Part shown: in pieces, positions 7,791 to 16,776 of the stretch
How the letters are laid out: every line of letters begins with the position of its first letter
Position numbering within the stretch: the stretch's first letter is position 1
Assembly: GCA_964252075.1 (NCBI GenBank)
Contig: CAXULY010000058.1
Location: forward strand, 1 to 27,967
Direction of reading: 5' to 3'
Origin: an uncultured Deinococcaceae bacterium
Lineage (GTDB): Bacteria; Deinococcota; Deinococci; Deinococcales; Deinococcaceae
Length of the DNA: 27,967 bases
Notes under the pieces: model-generated
Database searches by the model: none
The model's input: only the letters and a program-made list of their open reading frames with translations
Told to the model about the DNA's origin: nothing
Program-made: the position numbers and the translations under genes

Positions 7791-9296
7791 TCAGCCGGAC
7801 CGCTTCATGCCGCCCGCGCGGTCACCGCCCCGCGGCGTGAGAATCTTCGCCTGCACCTTCGCGAAGAACTCGGGCGGGCCGAGCACCTGCACCTCGTCGC
7901 CCGCCTCAAGGGCCGTGGAGCCGCTCGGCACGATGAATTCCCCCGCGCGGTGAACCAGCAGGATCAGGGCTTCCGGCGGAAAGTTCAGCTCAACGAGGCG
8001 CCGCCCCACGACGGGTGAGCCCGCAGGCACCACGATCTCGATGAGGTCACTCTTGCCCGCCCCGGTCGGCGTGAACAGCAGCCGTTGCGTGTTCTTCGTG
8101 GGCAGGGCGTCGTCCACCCGGAGCCAGCGCGCGACCAGTGGCAGGGTCGTGCCCTGCACCAGCAGGCTCGACAGCACGATGAAGAACGCGACGTTCAGGA
8201 TCACCTCCGCGTTCGGAAGGTGCTGCAGCAGCGGGAACGTCGCGAGGATGATGGGCACGGCGCCGCGCAGGCCCACCCAGGACACCATGCCCCGGTGCCG
8301 GACGGGCAGGCGCGCGAGGGCGAGGCTGACGAACACCGCCACGGGCCGCGCGACCAGCATCAGGAACAGCGACAGGGCCAGCGCGGGGAGCGCCAGCGCG
8401 ATGACCCGCGAGGGGAACGCCAGCAGCCCCAGCAGGAGGAACATCCCGATCTCCAGCAGGTACGTGAGCCCCTCATGCCAGTGCTTCAGGGACCGCTTGT
8501 GCACGAAGGTGCTGTTCCCCAGCACCACGCCCGTGAGGTACACCGCGAGGAACCCGCTGCCGCCGACGAGCGCGGCGACGCCGTACACGATGCCGACGAT
8601 GGCGACCGACAGGACGGTGTACAGGCCCTCGCTGGGCAGGTCCAGGCGGTTGATGAAGCGCACGGCGAGCCGACCGAGGACGAGGCCGATCACGCCGCCC
8701 AGCAGCATTTCTTTTACGAACAGGGGAATGATGGCCGTCCAGTGCAGCTCCGGGTGCGCCAGAAGCGCCGTGAGGCCCACCACGAGGAACACCGCCATGG
8801 GGTCGTTCACGCCGGATTCGAATTCCAGCAGCGGGCGGATCTGCCCTTTCAGGCCCAGGGCGCGTTCCTTCAGGACGGAGAAGACGGCGCTGGCGTCCGT
8901 GGAGGACACGACGGCGCCCAGCAGGAAGCTCGTCAGCCACGGCAGGCCGAGCAGCGCGTGCGCCACCCCGCCCACCAGGGCCGTGGTGAGCAGCACGCCG
9001 ACCGTCGCGAGGGCCAGCCCCGGCCACAGCACGGGGCGCGTGTGACGCCAGTTGGTTTCCAGCCCGCCGGAATACAGGATGAACGTAAGGGTCACGATGC
9101 CGACGAACTGCGTGACGCGGTAGTTGTCGAACTCGATGCCGCCGGGGCCTTCACTGCCGGCGAGCATGCCGATCACGAGGAACAGCAGGAGGCCGGGCAC
9201 GCCGAGGCGGCCCCCGATCTTGCTGGCGAGCAGGCCGATGAGGAGCAGGACGGAGGTGATCAGGATGGGGAGGTCAACGGGATTCGCATGGTCCAT
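7791..9296 (-). CDS. cvrA: Potassium/proton antiporter (CPA1, CvrA/NhaP2-like) with C-terminal TrkA_C (RCK_C) domain, 501 aa
   Basis: Start at ATG 9296 (MDHANP, GGAAAGGG upstream). GMLAGSEGPGGIEF, SSTDASAVFSVL, LEFESGVNDPMAV, WVGLRGAVPIILA; C-terminal GSPVVGRRLVEL...IVPSGSTALEAGD. Confidence 0.92.
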   Translation of the reverse strand: MDHANPVDLPILITSVLLLIGLLASKIGGRLGVPGLLLFLVIGMLAGSEGPGGIEFDNYRVTQFVGIVTLTFILYSGGLETNWRHTRPVLWPGLALATVGVLLTTALVGGVAHALLGLPWLTSFLLGAVVSSTDASAVFSVLKERALGLKGQIRPLLEFESGVNDPMAVFLVVGLTALLAHPELHWTAIIPLFVKEMLLGGVIGLVLGRLAVRFINRLDLPSEGLYTVLSVAIVGIVYGVAALVGGSGFLAVYLTGVVLGNSTFVHKRSLKHWHEGLTYLLEIGMFLLLGLLAFPSRVIALALPALALSLFLMLVARPVAVFVSLALARLPVRHRGMVSWVGLRGAVPIILATFPLLQHLPNAEVILNVAFFIVLSSLLVQGTTLPLVARWLRVDDALPTKNTQRLLFTPTGAGKSDLIEIVVPAGSPVVGRRLVELNFPPEALILLVHRAGEFIVPSGSTALEAGDEVQVLGPPEFFAKVQAKILTPRGGDRAGGMKRSG

Positions 9297-9340
9297 CAAG
9301 GCCCTTTCCGGGACGCACCGCAGGCGGTGCCCCTGACGGC

Positions 9341-9346
9341 AGTGTA
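9341..9346 (-). promoter_or_regulatory. Putative -10 box (TACACT) for the antiporter, followed by a short 5' UTR hairpin
   Basis: TACACT 44 nt upstream of ATG 9296; GCACCG-cctg-CGGTGC hairpin (9315-9330) just ahead of the RBS. Confidence 0.4.
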
Positions 9347-9656
9347 CGGGGCGCGCGGGTGGGGAAAAGAACCTGAGCGGCGGGAGGCTCAAGGCGTGGT
9401 CCGCGAATGGCCGGGCCCAACTCGCCTCAATGAGGGCCGCGCACATAAGTCGGTGCGTGACACAGCATTTGTTGGGAGCGTCTCACCGGCCCCCGTCACG
9501 CGGAGCGGGTTGGTTTCAGTTCGCGGTTGGGCGTGGGCCTGACCAGATCGTTAGCGTTTCTTCAGCGGTGCCCTGCGCATCCTGGAGCGACCCGGCCACC
9601 CCGCCGCCACGAACCGTGCCGATCGCGACCCCCACCACCCCAAGAGGAGTGCGTCC

Positions 9657-10820
9657 ATGAGCAGCAACGCCGTGCAGCCCATCTCAGAGCGGGCCAGTCA
9701 GACCCTCATGATCGCCAGTGTGCTCGCCACCGCGCTGGTGATCTCCATCCACTACAACTCGCGCTCCGGGGCGGACGTGCACAGCATGAACTACCTGTTT
9801 CAGGAGTTCCTGACGAACGGCGTGGCGCGCGCGGCCGTGCCGTACTTCGCGCTGGTCGCAGGGTTCTTCTTCGCGCGGTCGTCGCTGCGCCGCAGCGTCC
9901 CGGTCCTGCTGCGCGAGAAGGCCAGGACCCTGCTGCTGCCGTACGTGCTGGCCGCCGCCCTGATCTTCGTGGGGCTCGCGGTGCTGGCCTACCGGCATCA
10001 CGACGCGGCGTTCTTCCAGCCGCGGCACGTGCTGAGCGCCCTCACGGCCTCCCCGGGCTCCGTGCAGTTCTGGTACCTGCGCGACCTGCTGGTCCTGATG
10101 GTGATCGCCCCGCTGCTCGGGGCGCGATCGGCGCGCGTCACGCCGTGGCGCGTCGGGCTGGTCGCGGTGCTGGGCGCGCTGTGGTGGCTGGACCTCCAGT
10201 TCATGCCGGTGGTGGCGGGCTGGTACCTGATCAATGTGGAGACGCTGTTCTTCTTCGCGGCGGGCTGCCTGCTCTCCGCGCGGTCCGGCTGGCTGGAGCG
10301 CGTGGTGAACGCTTCCGGGCGGACCACGGCGCTGGTGCTGGTGGCGTGGCTGGCGGTGGTGGCGGCGCGGGTGTGGCTGGAGCCCACCACGGACGTGTGG
10401 TACGTGCGGCATTACAGCCTGCCCGCGCTGCTGCTGTACAAGCTGGCCATCGGGCTGGGCGTGGTGTCCCTGATTCAGCTGTCCGCGCGGCTGCGCGCGC
10501 AGCGCTGGTTGATCTCCCTGTCGGGGCTCACGTTCTTCGTGTTCCTGTTTCACTGCGAGCCGCTCCGGACCCTGCTCCGCGCGCTGCTCTCGCCCCTTCA
10601 CCTGGGCGCGGCCCTCTTTTACGTGTCGTTCCCGCTGGCGCTGGTCATTGCCTTCGGGGTGGGGGCGCTGCTGGCCAGCGGCTGGCCGTGGCTGTACGGC
10701 GTGCTGACGGGCAGCCGCACCCCGGACCGGGCACTCCGGCGCACGCAGGGGGCGAGGCCGGACGTGAGGGCGCCGATCGGCGCGCGGGTGGAGGAACAGG
10801 CGACGGAATCCGTGCCCTGA
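9657..10820 (+). CDS. Membrane acyltransferase-3 (OafA/YrhL-like) family protein, 387 aa
   Basis: About 10 hydrophobic segments; LVISIH, AVPYFALVAGFF, LLLPY, QFWYLRDL and TFFVFLFH motifs; AGAGGAG RBS. Confidence 0.85.
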   Translation: MSSNAVQPISERASQTLMIASVLATALVISIHYNSRSGADVHSMNYLFQEFLTNGVARAAVPYFALVAGFFFARSSLRRSVPVLLREKARTLLLPYVLAAALIFVGLAVLAYRHHDAAFFQPRHVLSALTASPGSVQFWYLRDLLVLMVIAPLLGARSARVTPWRVGLVAVLGALWWLDLQFMPVVAGWYLINVETLFFFAAGCLLSARSGWLERVVNASGRTTALVLVAWLAVVAARVWLEPTTDVWYVRHYSLPALLLYKLAIGLGVVSLIQLSARLRAQRWLISLSGLTFFVFLFHCEPLRTLLRALLSPLHLGAALFYVSFPLALVIAFGVGALLASGWPWLYGVLTGSRTPDRALRRTQGARPDVRAPIGARVEEQATESVP

Positions 10821-10834
10821 ACGCCCCAGAGCCT

Positions 10835-10860
10835 GCCGGGCACCGCGTCTGGTGCCCGGC
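10835..10860. terminator. 10-bp hairpin between the convergent acyltransferase and MATE genes
   Basis: GCCGGGCACC-gcgtct-GGTGCCCGGC, 15 nt after the stop at 10820. Confidence 0.45.
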
Positions 10861-10933
10861 GCGCCGTTTCGGGCCTCCCGTTGCTGAAGTGAGCGGAGCG
10901 GACGCCGATCATCCGGATCATGCCGGCGGGCGC

Positions 10934-12295
10934 TCACCGCTGATCTTGCGGCGCCGCACGATAGTCCGTGCGGTGCCAGAAGCGCAGCACCAGCGTGCCG
11001 GCCGCCACCAGCGCCCCGAGCGTCAGGCCCCACCACAAGCCCACCGGGCCCAGGTGAGCGGCGAAGGCCAGCAGCCAGCCCGCGCCCAGCCCCACCAGCC
11101 AGTATGCGGCGAGGGCGATCAGCAGCGGCCACCGGGTGTCGTGCAGATTCCTGAGCGCAACGTTGCTCGCGATGATCACCGCGTCCAGCACCTGGAATGC
11201 CGCCGCGACGGCCAGCAGCGCCACCGCCACGCGCAGCACGCCCGCGGTGCCGGGCGCGCTGCGCCCGAGGAACAAACCCAGCACGGCGCGCGGCGCGCCG
11301 AGTTCCACCGCCGCCACGGCGGCCACCACGGCGAACGCCACGCCGATGCCCAGCAGTCCCGCCCGCCGCGCGCGGCGCCGGTCCCCGGCCCCCACCGCCT
11401 GCGCCACCCGGATGCCCTGCGCGGCCGCGATGCCCAGCGGGAGCGTGAAGGCCGCCGAGACCACCTGCAGCACCACGGTGTGCGCGCCGAGTGCCTCCGG
11501 CCCGAAGCGCGCCATGAGGAGGGCCAGGACGCTCGCCGAGCCGCCCTCCGCGCCAAGCGCCACCCCGATCGGCCAGCCGAGCCGCCACAGCGCGCGCACT
11601 TCCGCGCGCAGGTCCGGGGCGGGGTGGGGCACGGCGCGTGGCGCGAGCGGCAGCAGCACCAGCGCGGTCCCCCAGGCCGTGATGGTGCTGGCCAGCCCGA
11701 CGCCCGTCAGGCCGAGGGCGGGAAGCGCACCCCACCCGAAGGCCAGCGCGGGGCTGAGCACCGCCACCGCCGCGAGGCCGCCCAGCGTCACGGCCGTCAC
11801 GAGGGCCGCGCGGCCGCTGCCCTCCAGCGCGCCGCGCAGCGCCACGGTCGCGAGGCTGGCGGGGAGGCCCAGCGCGGTCAGGGCGAGGTACCGGGCGGCC
11901 AGGTCCGCGCGTACGCCCGCAGGCGTGAAGTGCGGCAACCACGCGGCGGCGCTCAGCAGGACCGGCAGCGCGAGGGCGCTGAGCCCCACCGCCAGCCACA
12001 GCCCGCCGTGCAGCGCGCGCGTCACGCCGCGCGCGTCGCCCGCGCCGTGCGCGTGGGCCGCGCGGGCGCCCACGGCGGACAGCACGCCCAGCAGGAAGGC
12101 GAAGCCCAGGCCGTACAGGGCGTTCGCGTAGGCGGCGGCGGCCAGGGGGGCCGTGCCCAGGCGGCCCAGCACGGCGGCGCCGACCAGCGCCACGGCGCCG
12201 GATCCCAGCTGGGACAGCATGATGGGTGTGGCGAGTCGAGCGAGCGCGGCGAGCTCAGCGAGGAGCGGCGCGCCGGGCTCCACCCGGACGCTCAC
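10934..12295 (-). CDS. MATE family efflux transporter (NorM-like), 453 aa
   Basis: LARLATPIMLSQ, GRLGTAPLAA, LRGALEG, LGWPIG...EG, FGPEALGAH, FQVLDA...LRNLHDTRWP, GPVGLWWG; about 12 TM segments. Confidence 0.92.
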   Translation of the reverse strand: MSVRVEPGAPLLAELAALARLATPIMLSQLGSGAVALVGAAVLGRLGTAPLAAAAYANALYGLGFAFLLGVLSAVGARAAHAHGAGDARGVTRALHGGLWLAVGLSALALPVLLSAAAWLPHFTPAGVRADLAARYLALTALGLPASLATVALRGALEGSGRAALVTAVTLGGLAAVAVLSPALAFGWGALPALGLTGVGLASTITAWGTALVLLPLAPRAVPHPAPDLRAEVRALWRLGWPIGVALGAEGGSASVLALLMARFGPEALGAHTVVLQVVSAAFTLPLGIAAAQGIRVAQAVGAGDRRRARRAGLLGIGVAFAVVAAVAAVELGAPRAVLGLFLGRSAPGTAGVLRVAVALLAVAAAFQVLDAVIIASNVALRNLHDTRWPLLIALAAYWLVGLGAGWLLAFAAHLGPVGLWWGLTLGALVAAGTLVLRFWHRTDYRAAPQDQR

Positions 12296-12395
12296 GGACA
12301 GTCGACGCTTATCCTCTTCACCCCCGGATGATGTGCGCCCCTTGGGCGCGTGTCAAGGGCGGGGCAGCTGATCTCAGTGGTGGGGCGGCGCGATC

Positions 12396-12427
12396 AAAAA
12401 ACAGCACGCCCCCATTAGGGCGTGCTG
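12396..12427 (-). terminator. Intrinsic terminator of the HU gene
   Basis: On the minus strand: CAGCACGCCC-taatgg-GGGCGTGCTG followed by TTTTTT, 13 nt after the HU stop. Confidence 0.85.
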
Positions 12428-12440
12428 CGCGCGGGGCGGG

Positions 12441-12818
12441 TCAGTCGTTGGCGCCGAGGGCCTTCTTGAGGTCCGTGGCGACCTTGAAGGACACCTTCTT
12501 GCCTGCGGGAATCTGGATGCGCTCGGTCGTGCCGGGGCGCACGCCGGTACGCGCGGCCGTGGCCTTCACGCTGAAGGTGCCGACGCCCGGCAACCCCACC
12601 GTCTTCCCGCCGCGGATCGCCTCGCCGATCACGTCGAGCGCCGCGTTCACCGCTTCCGCCGCCTGCTTCTTCGTGAGGCTGGCGCGATCAGCGACCTGAT
12701 CGATCAGGTGGGTCTTCGCGATCTTGCTGCTGGCGCTTGCCTCCGCCTGGGGGGCGGGCGCGGGCTCGGCGGCTTTCGGCTGGCTCTTCGGGGTGGCTTT
12801 CCTGCTGCTTTTCGTCAT
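12441..12818 (-). CDS. hup: HU family nucleoid-associated protein with N-terminal K/A/P-rich extension, 125 aa
   Basis: Start at ATG 12818 (GGAGGT RBS). KTHLIDQVA...[10 protein letters not shown]...[42 protein letters not shown] in place of GRNP is typical of Deinococcus HU. Confidence 0.93.
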   Translation of the reverse strand: MTKSSRKATPKSQPKAAEPAPAPQAEASASSKIAKTHLIDQVADRASLTKKQAAEAVNAALDVIGEAIRGGKTVGLPGVGTFSVKATAARTGVRPGTTERIQIPAGKKVSFKVATDLKKALGAND

Positions 12819-13316
12819 GCGGTGACCTCCAGAGGTGGAATTGCCGCCCATCATGCCACACCTTCCGCGCAACCGGTACTGCTGCCTGCAGAACCGAGCA
12901 AAGGTAGGCCCACCCGCACGCCGGAACAAACCATTTTTACTACGGGCATGGAGGGTGGCCGCAGCGTCATGGACGAGCGCTGGGCGTCCGTTTACCCGTG
13001 ATGGATGATGGTCCCGCCAAATGCGTCAGGTGGGCTGTAACGCGCCAGGAGAGACCGCTGCTCAGCCCAGAGGTCGAGGGCTCGTGCATTGGCCCCAGGC
13101 GCAACGCTCCCACGACGGGCACTGGAAAGGCATGAGGGGGCGGGCTGCCCCCCTTGTCGCCCCCGCTCCTCGAACCGCACCTCAACCACCACTGCCGCAC
13201 GAACGGCTCGCCTGCACCTGAACGGCTTTCCCACGTTGAAGCTCGACCTTAAGGCAACAGCGAGACACGCATTGGTGGTTTCCAAGCGGGCGTGGGGCCT
13301 CTACATTAAGTGCCAC

Positions 13317-14300
13317 GTGAGTGACCTCGACCATCAGGCCTCCCCCACCCATGGGAAGGCGCCGCAGGACGCCAGCGCCGTGTACCAGCAGCTGCTCGAA
13401 GCGATGCCAGTTATGCTCTGGACCGCGAATGCCGACGGCGTGTGGCACCACGTCAACCGCGTGTGGATTCACTACACCGGCCTGATCGGTGAGACGCGCG
13501 GCTTCGGTTTCGAGGAGGCCCTGCACCCGGACGACGAGCCGGGCGTCCTTGAGGTGTGGCGCGCGTCCGTGCGGGCGCGCTCGCCGTACGAGATCGAGTA
13601 CCGCCTGCGCCGCGTGGACGGCACGTACCGCTGGCATCTCGTGCGCGGCATGCCGGTGGACGACCCGCAGGGCGCCCTGATCGCCTGGGTCGGCACGTGC
13701 ACCGACATCGAGGCGCAGAAGCGCGCGGAGGCGGAGGCGCTGACGGCGCGGGAGGCGGCCCTGCGCGCGCTCGGGCTCGCGATGGAGGCGCGCGACCACG
13801 AGACGCAGGGGCACACCGACCGCGTGACGGACCTCTCGCAGCGCATCGGGCGGGCCCTGCACCTCGACCACGCGCAGCTCACCGCGCTGCGCCTCGGCGC
13901 GTACCTGCACGACGTGGGGAAACTCACCGTGCCGGATGGGGTGCTGCTCAAACCCGGCCCGCTGAGCGACCGAGAGTGGACCGTGATGCGGGCGCACGTG
14001 GACCAGGGCGTGACGTTCGCGGGCACGCTGGGCTTCCTGCCGCCGGACGCCCTCGCGGTGATCGGGCAGCACCACGAACGCTGGGACGGCCGGGGGTACC
14101 CGGCGCAGCGGGCGGGGCTCGACATTCACCCGCTGGCGCGGCTGTTCAGCGTGGTGGACGTGTACGACGCGCTCGTGAGTGAGCGCCCGTACAAACGCGC
14201 CTGGACGGCGGCGGAGGCGAGGGATGAACTGCAACGCCAGCGCGGCCTGCAGTTCGACCCCGTCATGGTCGACGCGTTCCTCACGCTTGAGGACGCGTAA
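13317..14300 (+). CDS. PAS/PAC sensor HD-GYP c-di-GMP phosphodiesterase, about 327 aa (start uncertain)
   Basis: PAS-PAC (LHPDD...YEIEYRLRRVDGTYRWHL...WVGTCTDI), then EARDHETQGHTDRV, HDVGK, HHERWDGRGYP and DVYDAL..ERPYK. The ORF-track extension back to 13089 is not protein-like, so GTG 13317 was chosen. Confidence 0.92.
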   Translation: MSDLDHQASPTHGKAPQDASAVYQQLLEAMPVMLWTANADGVWHHVNRVWIHYTGLIGETRGFGFEEALHPDDEPGVLEVWRASVRARSPYEIEYRLRRVDGTYRWHLVRGMPVDDPQGALIAWVGTCTDIEAQKRAEAEALTAREAALRALGLAMEARDHETQGHTDRVTDLSQRIGRALHLDHAQLTALRLGAYLHDVGKLTVPDGVLLKPGPLSDREWTVMRAHVDQGVTFAGTLGFLPPDALAVIGQHHERWDGRGYPAQRAGLDIHPLARLFSVVDVYDALVSERPYKRAWTAAEARDELQRQRGLQFDPVMVDAFLTLEDA

Positions 14301-14547
14301 AGGCGCCGTCGCTGGTCCCGACGTGACCTCAAGGGCGTCCCGCGAGCCCGCCGTCCGTGACGCCGCATTTCTCCACCGCCGCGCACGCCTGCCCCGGAAC
14401 GCACAACGCCCCTAGGAGCAGCGGTCGATGACCGGAAGAACCCGCTGGGCGGCGGTCACGCCTCCGACCAGGCCAGCGCGTCGCGGGCCGCATTCGCACC
14501 GCCCCGAGACGCCCCAGCTGGAGTCGCGCTGGCACCACGGCCCGCGT

Positions 14548-16776
14548 TCACTCGGCCTCTGCGGGCAGCGTCAGGGTGAAGGTGCTGCCCGCGCCCAGGT
14601 CGGACGTGACGGTGAGGGTGCCGCCGTGCAGCTCCGCGATCTTGCGCGCCAGCGCCAGGCCAACCCCGTTGCCCTCGTGGTCCTCGCGCCGCCCGAGGCG
14701 CTGAAAGATCTGAAAAATGCGCTCCTGGTACTCCGGCGCAACGCCCATACCCTCGTCCTGCACGTGAATGAGCCACGCGGACGCCGCGCGCTCGGCCCAC
14801 ACCCGCACGCGCGGTTCGTCGTGCGTGAAGGTCAGGGCGTTCTTGAGCACCTGGCACAGCGCGTCCGTCAGCAGGTTCGGGTCGCCCGTCACGGTGGGCA
14901 GGGACTCGACGTGCACCTGCGCGCCGGACTCCTGCACGAGCGCCCCCAGGGCCCTCAGGACGCGCTGCAGGAGTGGCTCGAGCGGCACGGCCTGCAGGCG
15001 CACCCGTTCGCCCGTGAGCAGGGTCGTGTAGTGCTGCAGGTCGTCAATCTGGCTGCGCATGCGGGCCGTCTCGCTGGCCATCAACTCGATCAGGCGGTGG
15101 CCCTGGCCGTCCACGAGTTCTGGGTGGCGGCGCTGGAAGAGCTCCGCGAGTTGCGTGATCAGCCGCAGGGGCTCCTGCAGGTCGTGGGCAATCACGAAGG
15201 CGTACCGGCGCCACTCCCGCTCGGCCTGCTCCAGCTCGCGGTTCAGCTGCTTCATGGCGCTCAGCCGCTCCCCGAGCGTGCCGGTGAGGGTCTGCTGCAT
15301 CGCCCGCGCTTCCTCCAGCTCGCCCGCCAGCCACGGCTCGGCGTGCGCCAGCACCTGCTCCAGGTACGTGGTGAAGGACCGCCGCGGCCCCAGCGCGTCT
15401 TTCGCCATGCCGGGCGGCGCGCCGCCCCACGCGATGACGGAGGCCACTTCCGGCCGCACCCACAGGACGCCCTCTTTCCACCCCTCGCCGATGCTGAACG
15501 CCAGCAGGCCGCTCGCGACGTGCGCCGCGGCGCGCCCGCCCTCCCACAGCGCGCTGAGGTGATCGGTGTCGAGGAAGGTCCCGTTGCGCTGCCGCAGCCA
15601 CGCGAGCAGCGCGTCCACCTGCGGCGCGTCCGGCACTCGCCCCACAGCGCGCCACTCGGACTCCGAGAACACCACCGCGCCGCCCGCGCGCAGCAGGCCC
15701 GGCAGGTCCAGCGCGGGGTCTGTGAGGGCGGTGAGGGGCGTGACGGTCCGCGCGGCTGCCGCAAGCAGCCGCTCGTGATGCGCCCGCAGGTCCGCGCGCG
15801 AGCGGTCGATGTCCTGCCGGTCCTTCAGCTGCACCTGCAGGTTCAGGACGCGCGCCAGGTACTCCAGCGCCGTCCGCACATCCGGCGGCACCACGTGCGC
15901 CGCACCGTGATGGCAGGCGATGAGGCCCCACAACCGCCCATCCACCACGATGGACACGGACAGGCTGGAGCGCACCCCCATGTTGCGCAGGTACAGCACG
16001 TGCATGGGCGACGTGGCGCGCAGGACCGCGCCGCCCAGCGGGGTGGGGGTCTGCGTCTGCGGGTCCAGGCGCGGCACGAGCGGCGCCGGCGCGGCATCCA
16101 CGTCCGCCGTCAGGCGCAGCGGGTACTGCACGTACAGCGCGCGCGCCTGCTCGGGAATGTCGCTCGCCGGGAAGCGGTGGTCCAGGTAGGCGTGCGCGTC
16201 GTCCGGGCGCACCTCGGCCAGCACGGTGCCGGTGGCGTCCTGAGCGAAGCGGTAGATCATGACGCGGTCGAACCCGCTCAGCGTCTGCACGTTCGTCGCG
16301 GCGAGCTGCAGGAGTTCCCGCAGGGTCCCCGCGTGCTCCAGGGCAAACAGGGCGTTGCGGAGCTGCTGCGTCAGCGCGCCACTGGCGCCGCCGGGCCGCT
16401 CGACCTCAATGAGGAGGCGGGCGTCCACACGGTGGGCGGTGAGGGCCAGCGGCGTGCCGTCCGGCCCGTTCACGGTGAGCCTCACCTGCACCTGCGGCGG
16501 CTGGCCCTCCGGGAGCGCCGCGCGCAGCTGCTGGATGTCCGCCTCCGCGAGGAGGCTGCTCAGGGGCTGACCGACCAGCGCTGCGGCCTCCTGCTGGAAG
16601 AAGGCGGGCGCGTTCTCACTGACCTGCATGATGGTCAGGTCATCCGCGCGCGCGCTCAGCAGGACGCCGTGCGGCTGGACGCTCCCGGGGATGTGGATGG
16701 GCTCGCGCTCGCAGTTCTCGCCCGTGATGGGCGGACCACCCAGGTACTCGGGGGGCAGCAGGTCACCGGACGTCAC
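14548..16776 (-). CDS. bphP: Bacteriophytochrome: PAS-GAF-PHY photosensor plus histidine kinase, 742 aa
   Basis: ENCEREPIHIPGSVQPHG (biliverdin-binding Cys), GFDRVMIYRF, PASDIP, SPMH, LWGLIACHH, PHY tongue PRRSF, H-box AHDLQEPLR, N-box KNA, DEGMG and GNGVGLA. Confidence 0.97.
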   Translation of the reverse strand: MTSGDLLPPEYLGGPPITGENCEREPIHIPGSVQPHGVLLSARADDLTIMQVSENAPAFFQQEAAALVGQPLSSLLAEADIQQLRAALPEGQPPQVQVRLTVNGPDGTPLALTAHRVDARLLIEVERPGGASGALTQQLRNALFALEHAGTLRELLQLAATNVQTLSGFDRVMIYRFAQDATGTVLAEVRPDDAHAYLDHRFPASDIPEQARALYVQYPLRLTADVDAAPAPLVPRLDPQTQTPTPLGGAVLRATSPMHVLYLRNMGVRSSLSVSIVVDGRLWGLIACHHGAAHVVPPDVRTALEYLARVLNLQVQLKDRQDIDRSRADLRAHHERLLAAAARTVTPLTALTDPALDLPGLLRAGGAVVFSESEWRAVGRVPDAPQVDALLAWLRQRNGTFLDTDHLSALWEGGRAAAHVASGLLAFSIGEGWKEGVLWVRPEVASVIAWGGAPPGMAKDALGPRRSFTTYLEQVLAHAEPWLAGELEEARAMQQTLTGTLGERLSAMKQLNRELEQAEREWRRYAFVIAHDLQEPLRLITQLAELFQRRHPELVDGQGHRLIELMASETARMRSQIDDLQHYTTLLTGERVRLQAVPLEPLLQRVLRALGALVQESGAQVHVESLPTVTGDPNLLTDALCQVLKNALTFTHDEPRVRVWAERAASAWLIHVQDEGMGVAPEYQERIFQIFQRLGRREDHEGNGVGLALARKIAELHGGTLTVTSDLGAGSTFTLTLPAEAE

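Noticed and set aside
9527..12331. 934-aa plus-strand ORF and 771-aa minus-strand ORF (9684-11999)
   Set aside because: Arg/Ala/Gly-rich off-frame or antisense shadows of the acyltransferase and MATE genes, typical of high-GC DNA.
13089..13316. Upstream extensions given by the ORF track (also 2115, 3491, 9446, 12929, 19870, 26991)
   Set aside because: The extensions are not protein-like; RBS or -10 positions support the shorter starts used above.
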